A DNA stretch of 64,000 nt from Vicinamibacteria bacterium (lineage in GTDB: Bacteria; Acidobacteriota; Vicinamibacteria; Marinacidobacterales; Marinacidobacteraceae), in assembly GCA_963422395.1 (NCBI GenBank), contig OY729431.1, positions 1,728,001 to 1,792,000 of the forward strand, given 5' to 3'. This document shows positions 46,256 to 56,426 of this stretch, piece after piece; the stretch's first letter is position 1, and every line of letters starts with the position of its first letter. The notes beneath the pieces are model-generated. The model ran no database searches, had not been told where the DNA came from, and was given only the letters and a program-made list of their open reading frames with translations. Both the position numbers and the translations under genes were made by a program.

Positions 46256-47550
46256 CCTCCTTCTGCGATCCTACGCCCCCTTCCGTCCTCACTTCGGGGG
46301 GACGGGCGGGATTTCCCGCGAAGGACGGAATCCAGGGTTTCCAGAAAGCGATCGATGTCCTGCTCGCGGTGGTAGTGCGCGAGCGAGGCCCGGACCACCC
46401 CCTGCGCCGGGTCCCGGCCGCATTCCTCGAGCGTCGTCCGCGCCCCGAGATCGCCCGATGCGACCCGCGCCCCCGCATCTTCGAGAGCCGCCCCGAGATC
46501 GGCAGCGTCTCTCCCCTCCACGCCGAAGGTGAAGGTCGGCGTCCGATACGCCGCCCGGCGCGGATCGGCCTCGCCGAGCAGCGCGAGCCCCGAGCTTCGG
46601 GACAGCCCCGAGAGCATCCGCCGGGAGAGGATCCGCTCTTCGTGGCGAATGCTCTGCATCCCGCGCCGCATGGCCTCCCGACCGAAGAAGCGCTCCGAGG
46701 GGGGGGCCGCCGGCGCGCCCGGCTCCTCGCCGAGCCGCCCGGCGTAAGCGACCATCCGCAGGAGTCCGGTCACCGTCTCCGGCGAGACGAGGCCGTTCGC
46801 CGACGGTGCGGAGAGCGAACCTTCGACGGACAGGGCTTCACGATCTTCACGAAGCAGGGCTTCGGCAGGCAGGTTGGCAACTCTCGGCGGCCCCCCCGGC
46901 AGCCGATCCTTCCGGCGGCGGATCCAGAGCGCTGCTCCCTGGGCCCCGAACAGTTCGTCGGCCGCTGCGATCACGGCGCCGCAGCGCAGGTTCCGGATGT
47001 CGAGCGGCCCATGCGCCGCGAAATGGCTCGCCTCGACCACCAGCTCCACCCCGCTGCCGGCGAGCCGTTGTGCGAACGGCACCACCTCGTTCAGCGCCCC
47101 GGTGACCGGACACGCCTTGGTGAGCACCACCAGGCGGGTCTCGGGGCCGAGCAGCCCTTCGAGATCCTCGAGAAAGAGCCGGCCGCAGCCCCGCGGGCGC
47201 CAGTCGGAGACGAGGACGCCGTCGGGGGATGCGTTTTTCCAGGCGGTGCGGCGGCAGTGGGGCTCGGAAGCGGAGAGCACGATCCGGTCGCCCGCGGCGA
47301 GGCCGAAGCCCGCGAGCAGGACCGCGGCCGCGTCGGAGTAGCGGTCGGCGATCACGATCTGCCGGTCGGCCCATTCTGGGTTCGTGTTCCAGAACCAGGC
47401 GAGGGTGGCGCGCAGCGAACGGAGCGCCTCGTGATCCGCTTCCACCGGGCGGGGCCGCAGCGCGCGCGGCGACCGCACTGCGTCGAAATCGAGCCCTGCC
47501 TCCGCTGGAGGCACGAAGGCGGCAGTGACGAGAGAGTGCGAAAGGCGCAT
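46243..47550 (-). CDS. Class V aminotransferase/cysteine desulfurase-like protein, degenerate
   Basis: TRLVVLT..PVTG, EASHFAAHGPLDI, RTPTFTF, GVVRASLAHYH; the expected PLP lysine position reads E. Confidence 0.7.
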   Translation of the reverse strand: MRLSHSLVTAAFVPPAEAGLDFDAVRSPRALRPRPVEADHEALRSLRATLAWFWNTNPEWADRQIVIADRYSDAAAVLLAGFGLAAGDRIVLSASEPHCRRTAWKNASPDGVLVSDWRPRGCGRLFLEDLEGLLGPETRLVVLTKACPVTGALNEVVPFAQRLAGSGVELVVEASHFAAHGPLDIRNLRCGAVIAAADELFGAQGAALWIRRRKDRLPGGPPRVANLPAEALLREDREALSVEGSLSAPSANGLVSPETVTGLLRMVAYAGRLGEEPGAPAAPPSERFFGREAMRRGMQSIRHEERILSRRMLSGLSRSSGLALLGEADPRRAAYRTPTFTFGVEGRDAADLGAALEDAGARVASGDLGARTTLEECGRDPAQGVVRASLAHYHREQDIDRFLETLDSVLRGKSRPSPRSEDGRGRRIAEGGWTP

Positions 47551-47605
47551 GGATCGGCGCGGAGCCGCTTAGGATAGGCGTGCCGGCCATGTTTGCCGGT
47601 CTCCC

Positions 47606-48571
47606 ATGGCGCCCTTTCCCGAGTTCCCTGCTCCGTCCCCGCGGGTTACGGACAGAACCAAGGCCGTCGGCGTGTTGTCGGTGACCGGCTCCGACCGGAC
47701 CCGGTTCCTCACCCGGATCCTGTCGGGAGACCTCCCGCGCGCACCCGGCTCGGCCCGGACCGCGCTCCTCGACCCAAGGGGCCGGGTGATCGCCGCCGCG
47801 GTTGCGACGCTCACCCGCGAGGCGGTCTTTCTCGAGTGCGAGCGCACCCGGGAAGCCGCGCTCCTCGCCGCACTCGAGCGTTACCGAATCGCCGACGCCG
47901 TGGAGATCTCCCCCATGAACCGGGGAGAAATCCGGCTGTGGCGCCGCGACGGTTCGGACCCGAGAGGATCCGATCCGGGGGAAACCGCCCCGGGAGCGGT
48001 CCTCGACCTGCCCGGGGGCTATCTGCGCCGCGATTTCCGCCCCTGGCCGGCGTGGACCATCTTCCAGGCCGAAGATCTGCCGCTGCCCTCCGCTCTATCG
48101 GCCTCCGAAGAGGGAGCGGCCGCGGCGGCCCCTGAGGAACAGGAGTACCTGCGCATCCTCGCGGGGGAACCGCGTTGGGGCGCCGAGCTCGACGAGACTT
48201 CGCTTCCGCTGGGGGCAGGGCTCGCCGCTCATGTGCGCCTCGGCAAGGGCTGCTACATCGGCCAGGAATATGTCGCCCGCCAAGCCCACCGGGGCCGCGT
48301 CCCTCGGCTGCTCCGCCGCCTCGAATTCGCGGAGGAGACCCTGCCCGACCCAGGAGCGAAGGTCGCTTCCGAGGGGCGCGCCGTCGGCCGGATCACGAGC
48401 ACGGCACCCCCGCCCGCAGGTTGGCCCCCGGGAACGAAGCCGCTGGCACTCGCCGTCCTCGCCGCCGAAGTGGAGCCCGGCGCCCTCGTCGAGGCAGTCG
48501 TCGAGAATGCTGTCGCGCATGGCGGACGGCCGGCGGCGGCGGCGCGAGTCCGGGAGCTGCCGACGATCTGA
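47606..48571 (+). CDS. ygfZ: Folate-binding YgfZ/GcvT-family protein
   Basis: VTGSDRTRFL, KGCYIGQE signature, GRITS. Confidence 0.88.
   Translation: MAPFPEFPAPSPRVTDRTKAVGVLSVTGSDRTRFLTRILSGDLPRAPGSARTALLDPRGRVIAAAVATLTREAVFLECERTREAALLAALERYRIADAVEISPMNRGEIRLWRRDGSDPRGSDPGETAPGAVLDLPGGYLRRDFRPWPAWTIFQAEDLPLPSALSASEEGAAAAAPEEQEYLRILAGEPRWGAELDETSLPLGAGLAAHVRLGKGCYIGQEYVARQAHRGRVPRLLRRLEFAEETLPDPGAKVASEGRAVGRITSTAPPPAGWPPGTKPLALAVLAAEVEPGALVEAVVENAVAHGGRPAAAARVRELPTI
48256..48405 (+). repeat. Direct repeat copy 1 (150 bp, inside ygfZ)
   Basis: Matches 59974-60124 with 10 substitutions and 1 indel by manual alignment. Confidence 0.95.
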
Positions 48572-48723
48572 CTCCAGAGCACCCGGCGGCTTCCGCCGCA
48601 GCGTCCGGGCCGGCGCGGAAAGCAGCACGGCTGTCATCGGCAAGGCCGGTCTTCGCTTCCTCTGCCCCGCGCCGCGAACCCCATCGGTTGGCGCCATGAC
48701 AGAATTCGTCTAATCCATGGTGC

Positions 48724-50010
48724 ATGATGACGGCCGTGCTCCCCGCCACCCCTCTCGCCGCCCTCCCAATCGCTCCGATTTCCGCCCCGATCGCGGTAGC
48801 GGTACTCGTCGGCTTCCTGATCGGTCTCCTGATCGGCGCAGCCCTCTACTTCGCCGGCCTGCGCCGGGGCGAGCATCTCGGCCGAACCGAGACCCGCGCG
48901 GACCTCGACTCGATCGCCCGCGCCGCCGCCGACCAGAGCAACCAGACCGCCCGCGAGGCCTACGAGCAAGCCACCGGCCGCGCCTTGGAAACGCTCCAGG
49001 CCGCCGCCCGCTCGGCTCGGGAGATCGAGCACACCCGGCTCGAAAGCGCTACCGCACCGCTCCACGAATCGCTGCGGAATGTGACCCGGCTCGCCAGCGA
49101 ACTGGAGCAGAAGCGCGCCCGCGACCACGGCACCCTCACCGAGGTGGCGAAGCGGCTCGCCAACCAGGTCGAGACCGTGGTCGGCAGCGCCCGCTCCCTC
49201 CGGGAGGCCCTCCGCGGAGACCGGCAGGCGCGCGGCCGCTGGGGTGAGATCCAGCTCCAGACTCTCGTCGAATCCGCCGGCCTCCAAGAGCACTGCGACT
49301 TCGCGGCCCAAATCGGAAAGAACGGGGTGCGCCCCGACCTCGTGCTGCGGCTCCCCGGCGGCGCGAGCCTCGCGGTGGACTCCAAGGTCCCGATGGACGA
49401 CTACCTCGACGCGACCGAGGAGGCGGCAGACCCCTCCGGGCGCCGGACCGAGCTGCTCCGGAGCCATGCGGGCCGCGTCCGCCAGCACGCGAAGGCGCTC
49501 TCCGCCCGCGAGTACCCGGCAGCGCTCGGCGGCGGGCCTCCTTTCACCGTGATGTTCCTCCCGATCGAGTCCCTGCTCGCAGAAGCGATCCGCCGCGACC
49601 CGGACCTGCTCCAGTTCGCTGCCGACCGCCGGATCGTGCTCGCCACTCCGCATACCCTCCTCGGCCTGTTGTGGAGCATCGCCGCCATGTGGCGCAACGA
49701 GATCAGCGCGCAGAACGCCGAGGCGATGCGCCGGGAAGGACTGGAACTCGAGAAGCGGCTCGGACTCTTCCTCAGCCGCTTCGCCGATGTCGGCGCTCAG
49801 CTGCGCAAGACGACCAGCGCTTACAACACCGCCGTCGGCTCCGCCGAAACCCGGCTCACTCCGCATCTCCGCAAGTTGCGCGAGCTGGGCGGAAGCCCCG
49901 AGGAGACCCCGAACGACGACCGGCTCCCCGATCCGGTAGAGATCGTTCCCCGCCTCCCCCGCGGCGACGACGGCACCGACCTCCTTCCCCAACGAGCCCT
50001 CCTCTCATGA
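48724..50010 (+). CDS. rmuC: DNA recombination protein RmuC
   Basis: N-terminal TM and coiled coil, RGRWGEIQL, RPDLVLRLP, VDSKVP, VMFLPIE, LATPHTL. Confidence 0.93.
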   Translation: MMTAVLPATPLAALPIAPISAPIAVAVLVGFLIGLLIGAALYFAGLRRGEHLGRTETRADLDSIARAAADQSNQTAREAYEQATGRALETLQAAARSAREIEHTRLESATAPLHESLRNVTRLASELEQKRARDHGTLTEVAKRLANQVETVVGSARSLREALRGDRQARGRWGEIQLQTLVESAGLQEHCDFAAQIGKNGVRPDLVLRLPGGASLAVDSKVPMDDYLDATEEAADPSGRRTELLRSHAGRVRQHAKALSAREYPAALGGGPPFTVMFLPIESLLAEAIRRDPDLLQFAADRRIVLATPHTLLGLLWSIAAMWRNEISAQNAEAMRREGLELEKRLGLFLSRFADVGAQLRKTTSAYNTAVGSAETRLTPHLRKLRELGGSPEETPNDDRLPDPVEIVPRLPRGDDGTDLLPQRALLS

Positions 50011-50087
50011 GGCCGACCTTTCCCCCTTCCCTTCTCCCGAAACGCCGCGACGGTCGGCCCCGGTACCCAGATCGTGATTCGAAACCG

Positions 50088-50876
50088 ATGAGCTCCTTCC
50101 CCGAGACCGATTGGCGAGGACTCCTCGAAGTTTTCCTCCACGACCCGATGGACAAGGCACTGGACATCCGGGGGCATGAACGGCGGGCTGCGCGATATCT
50201 GTCGAAGGCGCTCGGGGAAGAAGTGAGCCGAACGCAGATCGAGTCCGCCGCCCGGCTGGCCGATCCCCTGGCAGCAGTCGCCGATCGGCTGCCGATGCCC
50301 ACCGCAGGGCCGAATGGAGAGCGAGCCGTCGCCCCCCGAGACGGGACGCTGACCGTGAACCATCCGATCAGCAGCAAGCCGGCGGCGATGCAGTGCGAGC
50401 CGCTGGACGAGCTCCGAGTAACGCAGGTCATCACCGAGATCGTGAAAGGACTCGAAACGCCGCGAGAGCGCTTCTTCGCACTCTGGCGCCTCTTGCCGGA
50501 GCGTCTCGAAGCGAAGTTCGGCCCCTGGATGTCCCGGCTGCCCGCAGACACACGTATTCCCGACCATTCCCTGATCCATCACGCCGACATCACCGCCGGA
50601 CTCTGGACGAGCCGGCAGGGCGGGCCCGGCGCCTACCTGTCGTTCGCCCTCGGGCCGGTGCAGCCGTTCATCGAGGCGGCGCGCAGCGTGCGCGACCTCT
50701 GGTCGGGCAGCGCCATCCTCTCGTGGCTCGCTTTCGCCGCGATGCGTCCGGTCGCCACAAGCTCGGCAAGGGAGAGATCGACCGGGAAGGCAGATGATGG
50801 GATCAAGCCATCCACAACAAGATTGTCTCCTTCATCCGCGGCGTGGAAGCCAGCCTCGGCTCGCGTTTACATTTAA
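50088..50876 (+). pseudogene. cas10: Truncated type III-B Cas10/Cmr2 (N-terminal ~220 aa only)
   Basis: FLHDPMDK, LPADTRIPDHSLIHH, LSFALGPVQPFIEAARSVRDLWSGSAILSWL; similarity stops at ~50753; no GGDD palm. Confidence 0.85.
50794..50845 (+). pseudogene. Micro-remnant of a type I HsdM N-terminus
   Basis: ggaagg RBS-like, ATG, one extra G, then DQAIHNKIVSFIRG, resembling the HNKIVSFIW N-terminus of many HsdM proteins. Confidence 0.5.
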
Positions 50877-50928
50877 CACCGGACAGTCGGACGCTTTCAG
50901 CAGACGCCAAAAGGAGTGAGTCCCGACG

Positions 50929-53900
50929 ATGGCGATGATCACACCCGAACGCGATCTTGAAGAGTCCCTTGTCAAGAAGCTACGGGACCTCAAGTACGAA
51001 TATCGCCCCGACATCCGCGATCGAGCAACACTTGAAGCAAACTTCAGGAAAAAGTTCGAAGCCCTGAATCGTGTCACACTTACCGATGGCGAGTTCCAGA
51101 GACTCCTCGATGAGATCGTCACACCCGATGTGTACGAAGCCGCACGCTCTCTCCGGAACCGGGAAGCGTTCGTCCGCGACGACGGCACGCCGCTCAACTA
51201 CACCCTCGTCAACATCAAAGACTGGTGCAAGAACAGCTTCGAGGTCGTCAATCAGCTCCGCATCAATACGGACAACAGCCATCACCGCTACGACGTCATA
51301 CTCCTGATCAACGGCGTCCCCGTCGTTCAGATCGAGCTAAAGACGCTTGGGATCAGCCCGCGGCGGGCGATGGAGCAGATCGTCGACTACAAGAACGACC
51401 CCGGTAACGGATACTCCAAGACGCTGCTCTGCTTCGTCCAACTCTTCATCGTCAGCAATCGCACTGACACGTGGTACTTCGCAAATAACAACACGCGGCA
51501 TTTCGCCTTCGACGCCGACGAGCGGTTCCTTCCCGTCTACCAGTTCGCGGCCGAGAACAACACCAAGATCACCCACCTCGACGAATTCTCCGATCGGTTC
51601 CTCGCCAAATGCACGCTCGGCCAGATGATCAGCAAGTACATGGTCCTTATCGCGAGTGAGCAGAAGCTGCTGATGATGCGCGCGTACCAGATCTACGCAG
51701 TCAAGGCCATCGTCGACTGCATCGATCAGAACTGCGGCAACGGCTATATCTGGCACACGACCGGGTCGGGCAAGACGCTTACCTCCTTCAAGGCCTCGAC
51801 GCTCCTCAAGTCCAACGAGAGCATCCACAAGTGCCTGTTCGTCGTCGATCGCAAGGACCTCGACCGCCAGACCCGCGAGGAGTTCAACCGGTTCCAGGAG
51901 AACTGCGTCGAGGAAAACACCAACACCGCGGCGCTCGTTCGCCGGCTCCTGTCCGACGACTACGCGGACAAGGTTATCGTCACGACCATCCAGAAGCTCG
52001 GGCTCGCCCTCGACGAGGACAGCAAGCACAACCGGCAGAACATCGCTCGGGGGCGCTCAACGTTCAAGCAGCGGCTCGAGCCGCTCCGGGATAAGCGGAT
52101 GGTTTTCATCTTCGACGAGTGCCACCGCTCGCAATTCGGCGAGAACCACCGGGCCATCAAGGAGTTCTTCCCGAACTCCCAGCTCTTCGGCTTCACCGGC
52201 ACCCCGATCTTCGAGGACAACGCGACCGCCAGGAAGATCGAGGGAGACGTCACCACCCTTCGAACCACCAAAGACCTCTTCCAGAAGAAACTCCACGCAT
52301 ACACCATCACCCACGCGATCGAGGATCGGAACGTCCTCCGCTTTCACGTCGACTACTACAAGCCAAAGGACGCCCCCGCCCTCAAGCCCGGGGAGCCCCT
52401 GGCCAAGCAGGCGGTCGCCCAGGCCATCCTCGACAAGCACGATGCCGCGACCGGTGACCGACGTTTCAACGCGCTGCTCGCTACGGCCTCCATCAACGAC
52501 GCCATCGAGTATTACGAGGATTTCCAGAAGCTCCAGGCCGAGCGCCAGGCTGCCGACCCCGAGTTCGTGCCTCTCAAGATCGCCGCCGTCTTCTCGCCGC
52601 CCGCGGAGGGCAACAAGGATGTCCAGCAGATCCAGGAGGACCTTCCCCAGGAAAAGGAGGACAACCGGCGCGATCCCGAGGGCAAGAAGACCGCGCTCAA
52701 GGCCATCATCGCCGACTACAACCAGCGGTATGGCACCAACCACGACATCAACAACTTCGACCTCTACTACCAGGACATCCAGCAGCTGATCAAGGATCAG
52801 CAGTTTCCCAATCGCGACCTGCCCCGCAAGGGCCAGGAAAAGATCGACATCACCATAGTCGTCGACATGCTCCTCACCGGCTTCGACGCCAAGTTCCTCA
52901 ATACGCTCTACGTCGACAAGAACCTCAGGCGCCATAACCTGATTCAGGCTTTCTCCCGCACCAACCGCGTCCTCAACGCCACCAAGCCTTACGGCCACAT
53001 CCTCGACTTCCGCAATCAGCAGAACAGCGTCGATGCCGCTATCGCTCTCTTCTCCGGTGCGCAGGCTGACCAAGCTCGCGAGATCTGGCTGGTCGACCCG
53101 GCATCCACAGTACTTGAGAAATACGAACAGGCGGTTGCGGCTATTGAGAAATTCATGACGCAAAACAACGTGGTCGCCGAGCCCCGGGGCGCTTACTCCA
53201 TCAAGGGAGATACTGCGCGGATTGAATTTGTGAACCGCTTCAAGGAGGTCCAGCGCCTCAGGACCGAGCTCGACCAGTACACCGACCTCACCGACGAGCA
53301 GCGGGAGCAGATCGAACAGACCCTCCCCAAGGACGACCTCCGCGCCTTCCGCGGTGCCTACCTCGAAACCGCCCAGCGCATCAAGGAGCAGCAGGGCGCA
53401 CCCGGAAGGGACGGCGAGCCGACCAAGCCCGAGGTCGACCAGCTCGACTTCGAATTCGTCCTCTTCGCCTCCGCCATCATCGATTACGACTACATCATGA
53501 AGCTGATCGCCAAGTACTCGGGTCAGGACCCGAAGAGACTGAAGATCAGCCGCGAGCAGCTCATCGGGCTGATCCGGTCCGACGCCAAGTTCCTCAACGA
53601 ACTGGAGGAGATCACCGAGTACGTCCGCTCACTCAAGGAGGGCGAGGGCCTCGACGAGGCTGCGGTCCGCGACGGCTACGAGCAGTTCAAGGCCGAGAAG
53701 CAGGCCAAAGAGATCGCCGACCTCGCTCAGGCCCATGGCTTGACGACCGAGTCCCTCTCGGCCTTCGTCGACACCATCCTCAAGCGCATGATCTTCGACG
53801 GCGAGCAGCTCACCGACCTGATGGAGCCGCTCGACCTGGGCTGGCGCGAACGCCGCGAGCGGGAACTTGCACTGATGGACCACCTGGTTCCGGTGCTGAA

Positions 53901-53964
53901 ACGGCGGGCGGAGGGCCGGCACATTTCGGGCCTCAACGCCTACGAGCATGGAGAGGCGCGATGA
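50929..53964 (+). CDS. hsdR: Type I restriction endonuclease subunit R
   Basis: RYDV..VQIELK nuclease motif, WHTTGSGKT, FDECHRSQ, GFTGTP, DMLLTGFD, QAFSRTNR. Confidence 0.96.
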   Translation: MAMITPERDLEESLVKKLRDLKYEYRPDIRDRATLEANFRKKFEALNRVTLTDGEFQRLLDEIVTPDVYEAARSLRNREAFVRDDGTPLNYTLVNIKDWCKNSFEVVNQLRINTDNSHHRYDVILLINGVPVVQIELKTLGISPRRAMEQIVDYKNDPGNGYSKTLLCFVQLFIVSNRTDTWYFANNNTRHFAFDADERFLPVYQFAAENNTKITHLDEFSDRFLAKCTLGQMISKYMVLIASEQKLLMMRAYQIYAVKAIVDCIDQNCGNGYIWHTTGSGKTLTSFKASTLLKSNESIHKCLFVVDRKDLDRQTREEFNRFQENCVEENTNTAALVRRLLSDDYADKVIVTTIQKLGLALDEDSKHNRQNIARGRSTFKQRLEPLRDKRMVFIFDECHRSQFGENHRAIKEFFPNSQLFGFTGTPIFEDNATARKIEGDVTTLRTTKDLFQKKLHAYTITHAIEDRNVLRFHVDYYKPKDAPALKPGEPLAKQAVAQAILDKHDAATGDRRFNALLATASINDAIEYYEDFQKLQAERQAADPEFVPLKIAAVFSPPAEGNKDVQQIQEDLPQEKEDNRRDPEGKKTALKAIIADYNQRYGTNHDINNFDLYYQDIQQLIKDQQFPNRDLPRKGQEKIDITIVVDMLLTGFDAKFLNTLYVDKNLRRHNLIQAFSRTNRVLNATKPYGHILDFRNQQNSVDAAIALFSGAQADQAREIWLVDPASTVLEKYEQAVAAIEKFMTQNNVVAEPRGAYSIKGDTARIEFVNRFKEVQRLRTELDQYTDLTDEQREQIEQTLPKDDLRAFRGAYLETAQRIKEQQGAPGRDGEPTKPEVDQLDFEFVLFASAIIDYDYIMKLIAKYSGQDPKRLKISREQLIGLIRSDAKFLNELEEITEYVRSLKEGEGLDEAAVRDGYEQFKAEKQAKEIADLAQAHGLTTESLSAFVDTILKRMIFDGEQLTDLMEPLDLGWRERRERELALMDHLVPVLKRRAEGRHISGLNAYEHGEAR

Positions 53965-55217
53965 CGGCCCACAAGCCATTGCACCTTGTGCCGCAGCTGC
54001 GGTTTCCGGAGTTTCGAGACGACCCAAGCTGGTCGGCTCCGCAATTCGCTGATCTGTATGACTTCAAGCGCACCAACACACTGTCGAGAGACAAACTCAA
54101 CTACGAAACCGGAACGATCAGGAATATTCACTACGGCGATATTCACACCAAGTTCAAGCCTCTTTTCCGAGTGGATGATGAGTATGTGCCATATGTCAAT
54201 GCAGATGACTCATCTAACGAATTTGATGATGACGCATTTTGTGAAATAGGTGACATAGTATTTGCCGACGCCTCTGAAGACCTCGACGACGTAGGGAAAG
54301 CAATCGAAGTTGTTTCGCTAGACGGAGAACGGGTCGTCGCTGGTACGCACACCATTCTAGGAACAAGGCGAGAGAGCGTTCCTGTCGTTGGCTTTGGCGG
54401 GCAACTATTCCAGTCCGTTGCTGTTCGTTCTGGGATAAAGAAAGAAGCTCAGGGCACGAAGGTCTACGGCATATCAGCGAAGCGAATTTCGGCCGTTCCG
54501 ATTCCAATCCCGCCGACAGTGGTCGAGCAGAAGAAGATCGCCGACTGCCTCGGCTCGCTGGACGACCTGATTGCGGCGGAGGGCCAAAAGCTCGACGCCC
54601 TGCGACAGCACAAACAAGGACTGATGCAACTTCTCTTCCCCCAGCCCGGCGCGACTGTGCCCCGGCTGCGATTTCCGGAGTTCCGAGATACGCCAGTGTG
54701 GGCGCAAACCCCTCTCGGCGACGCGTTCAAAACTATCACAAATGGGCAAGAAAACGCACAAGACCACCAAGAGGATGGTGCTTACCCCCTGTTCGACCGT
54801 TCCGAGTTAGTTAAGCGATCGCCGACGTTCCTATTCGATGCCGAGGCTGTGATCCTGCCGGGTGAGGGGATGAGATTCCAACCCCGATACTTCAACGGTA
54901 AATTCAATTTGCATCAGAGAGCTTACGCGCTCATGGAACCAACGCTAGACCCGCGCTTCGCTTTCCAAGCATTGGACAGGTTTAAGGGAGCACTTGCAGA
55001 CAGCGCTGTTAAGTCGACTGTGCTGTCGCTGAGGATGCCGATCATTGAAAAGTTCGCTATCCCTTGCCCGACGATTGACGCAGAACAGCAGAAGATCGCC
55101 GACTGCCTCGGTTCGCTGGACGACCTGATCGCGGCGGAGGGCCGGAAGCTCGACGCCCTGCGGCAGCACAAGCAGGGGCTGATGCAGAAGCTCTTTCCCT
55201 CGCTGGACGGGCAGTGA
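53961..55217 (+). CDS. hsdS: Type I restriction-modification specificity subunit
   Basis: Two TRDs, each preceded by P.LRFPEFRD and followed by EQ.KIADCLGSLDDLIAAEG.KLDALRQHKQGLMQ; TRDs are visibly AT-richer. Confidence 0.95.
   Translation: MTAHKPLHLVPQLRFPEFRDDPSWSAPQFADLYDFKRTNTLSRDKLNYETGTIRNIHYGDIHTKFKPLFRVDDEYVPYVNADDSSNEFDDDAFCEIGDIVFADASEDLDDVGKAIEVVSLDGERVVAGTHTILGTRRESVPVVGFGGQLFQSVAVRSGIKKEAQGTKVYGISAKRISAVPIPIPPTVVEQKKIADCLGSLDDLIAAEGQKLDALRQHKQGLMQLLFPQPGATVPRLRFPEFRDTPVWAQTPLGDAFKTITNGQENAQDHQEDGAYPLFDRSELVKRSPTFLFDAEAVILPGEGMRFQPRYFNGKFNLHQRAYALMEPTLDPRFAFQALDRFKGALADSAVKSTVLSLRMPIIEKFAIPCPTIDAEQQKIADCLGSLDDLIAAEGRKLDALRQHKQGLMQKLFPSLDGQ
54528..55199 (+). repeat. hsdS internal conserved-region direct repeats (114 bp at 54528-54641 and 55086-55199)
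   Basis: aagatcgccgactgcctcgg..tcgctggacgacctgat.gcggcggagggcc..aagctcgacgccctgcg.cagcacaa occurs twice. Confidence 0.9.
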
Positions 55218-55220
55218 GTC

Positions 55221-56426
55221 ATGAGCGACGCAACCACGTTCAAGGACCTCGACGCCCTCGCCGCACACCTGCGGCAAGAGCTGGAGAACAAGAAGTTCAT
55301 CCTGCTCTACGCCTATAACGGCACGGGCAAGACCCGGCTGTCCACCGCCTTCAAGAACCTCGGCAAAGGCGTGAACACCGATGACGAGACGGAACAGCGC
55401 GACACGCTCTACTTCAACGCCTTCACCGAAGACCTGTTCTCGTGGGACAACGATTTGGAGAATGACAGTGAGCGGAAGCTGACGCTCAACACGGATTCGA
55501 GCTTCTTCGCCGGTCTCGAGTCGATGGAGATGGACAACCGAATCCGTACCCTGCTCGACCGCTACGCCGACTTCGAGTTCCGAATTGACACCACGACCTG
55601 GGAGGTGGCCTTCGCCCGAGAGTTCAGAGTGAAGAAGGATGGCGCCGCCGGCGACGAGGCCGACAGCGCGGACGCGGGACGCGGTGAGAGCGGAGACGAG
55701 TACGAAACCCGCCGCGAGGAGGCCATCAAGATCTCCCGTGGCGAGGAGAATATCTTCATCTGGTGCTTCTTCCTCACCATTGTCGAGCTTGCGCTCGATG
55801 ACGATGGAGCCGGTCCCTACAACTGGGTCAAGCACATCTATATTGACGATCCGATCTCATCGCTCGACGAGCACAACGCCATCGCCGTGGCAAATCATCT
55901 GGCGATGCTGCTCAAGAAGCCGAAGAGTGGGCTCAAGACGGTGATTTCGACGCATCACACGCTGTTCTTCAACGTGCTTTGCAACGAGCTGAATAGGGCG
56001 AATAAGTACTTTCTCAGCCGCGACGGGTCGCCGGAGGGGCTTCTCCTGCGCAAGACCGGGGATACGCCATTTTTCCACCATGTGGCCGCGCTCGCTGAGC
56101 TCTACAAGGTAGAACGCGATGGCAGGCTGTACACCCATCACTTCAACCTGCTCCGCGCAATCCTCGAGAAGACCGCAAGTTTTCATGGCTACGAGAGCTT
56201 CTCCGTATGCATCAAGCGCGACGCTGACGATGAAGACGGCATCCTTCACACACGGTTGATCAACATCCTCAGCCACGGTAAATATTCATTGTTCGAGCCG
56301 CAGGAGATGCTGGAGGAGAACAAACGCTACTTTCGGAAGATCCTCCGCGAGTTCATCAGCCGGTACCCCTTCAACCCCGCCTTGTTTCCTAGTGAGCCGG
56401 CAGAGTCAGTGAATGACCCGACATGA
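55221..56426 (+). CDS. prrC: PrrC-family anticodon nuclease (ABC ATPase plus HEPN)
   Basis: Walker A YAYNGTGKT, PrrC box YFNAFTEDLFSWDND, signature ISRGEE, Walker B YIDDPISSLD, STHH, LLRAILEK and the Rx6H motif RLINILSH; located inside an hsd operon. Confidence 0.88.
   Translation: MSDATTFKDLDALAAHLRQELENKKFILLYAYNGTGKTRLSTAFKNLGKGVNTDDETEQRDTLYFNAFTEDLFSWDNDLENDSERKLTLNTDSSFFAGLESMEMDNRIRTLLDRYADFEFRIDTTTWEVAFAREFRVKKDGAAGDEADSADAGRGESGDEYETRREEAIKISRGEENIFIWCFFLTIVELALDDDGAGPYNWVKHIYIDDPISSLDEHNAIAVANHLAMLLKKPKSGLKTVISTHHTLFFNVLCNELNRANKYFLSRDGSPEGLLLRKTGDTPFFHHVAALAELYKVERDGRLYTHHFNLLRAILEKTASFHGYESFSVCIKRDADDEDGILHTRLINILSHGKYSLFEPQEMLEENKRYFRKILREFISRYPFNPALFPSEPAESVNDPT

Noticed and set aside
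49671-50087. N-terminal extension of the cas10 fragment ORF
   Set aside because: Overlaps rmuC in another frame; Cas10-like sequence begins only at ATG 50088.
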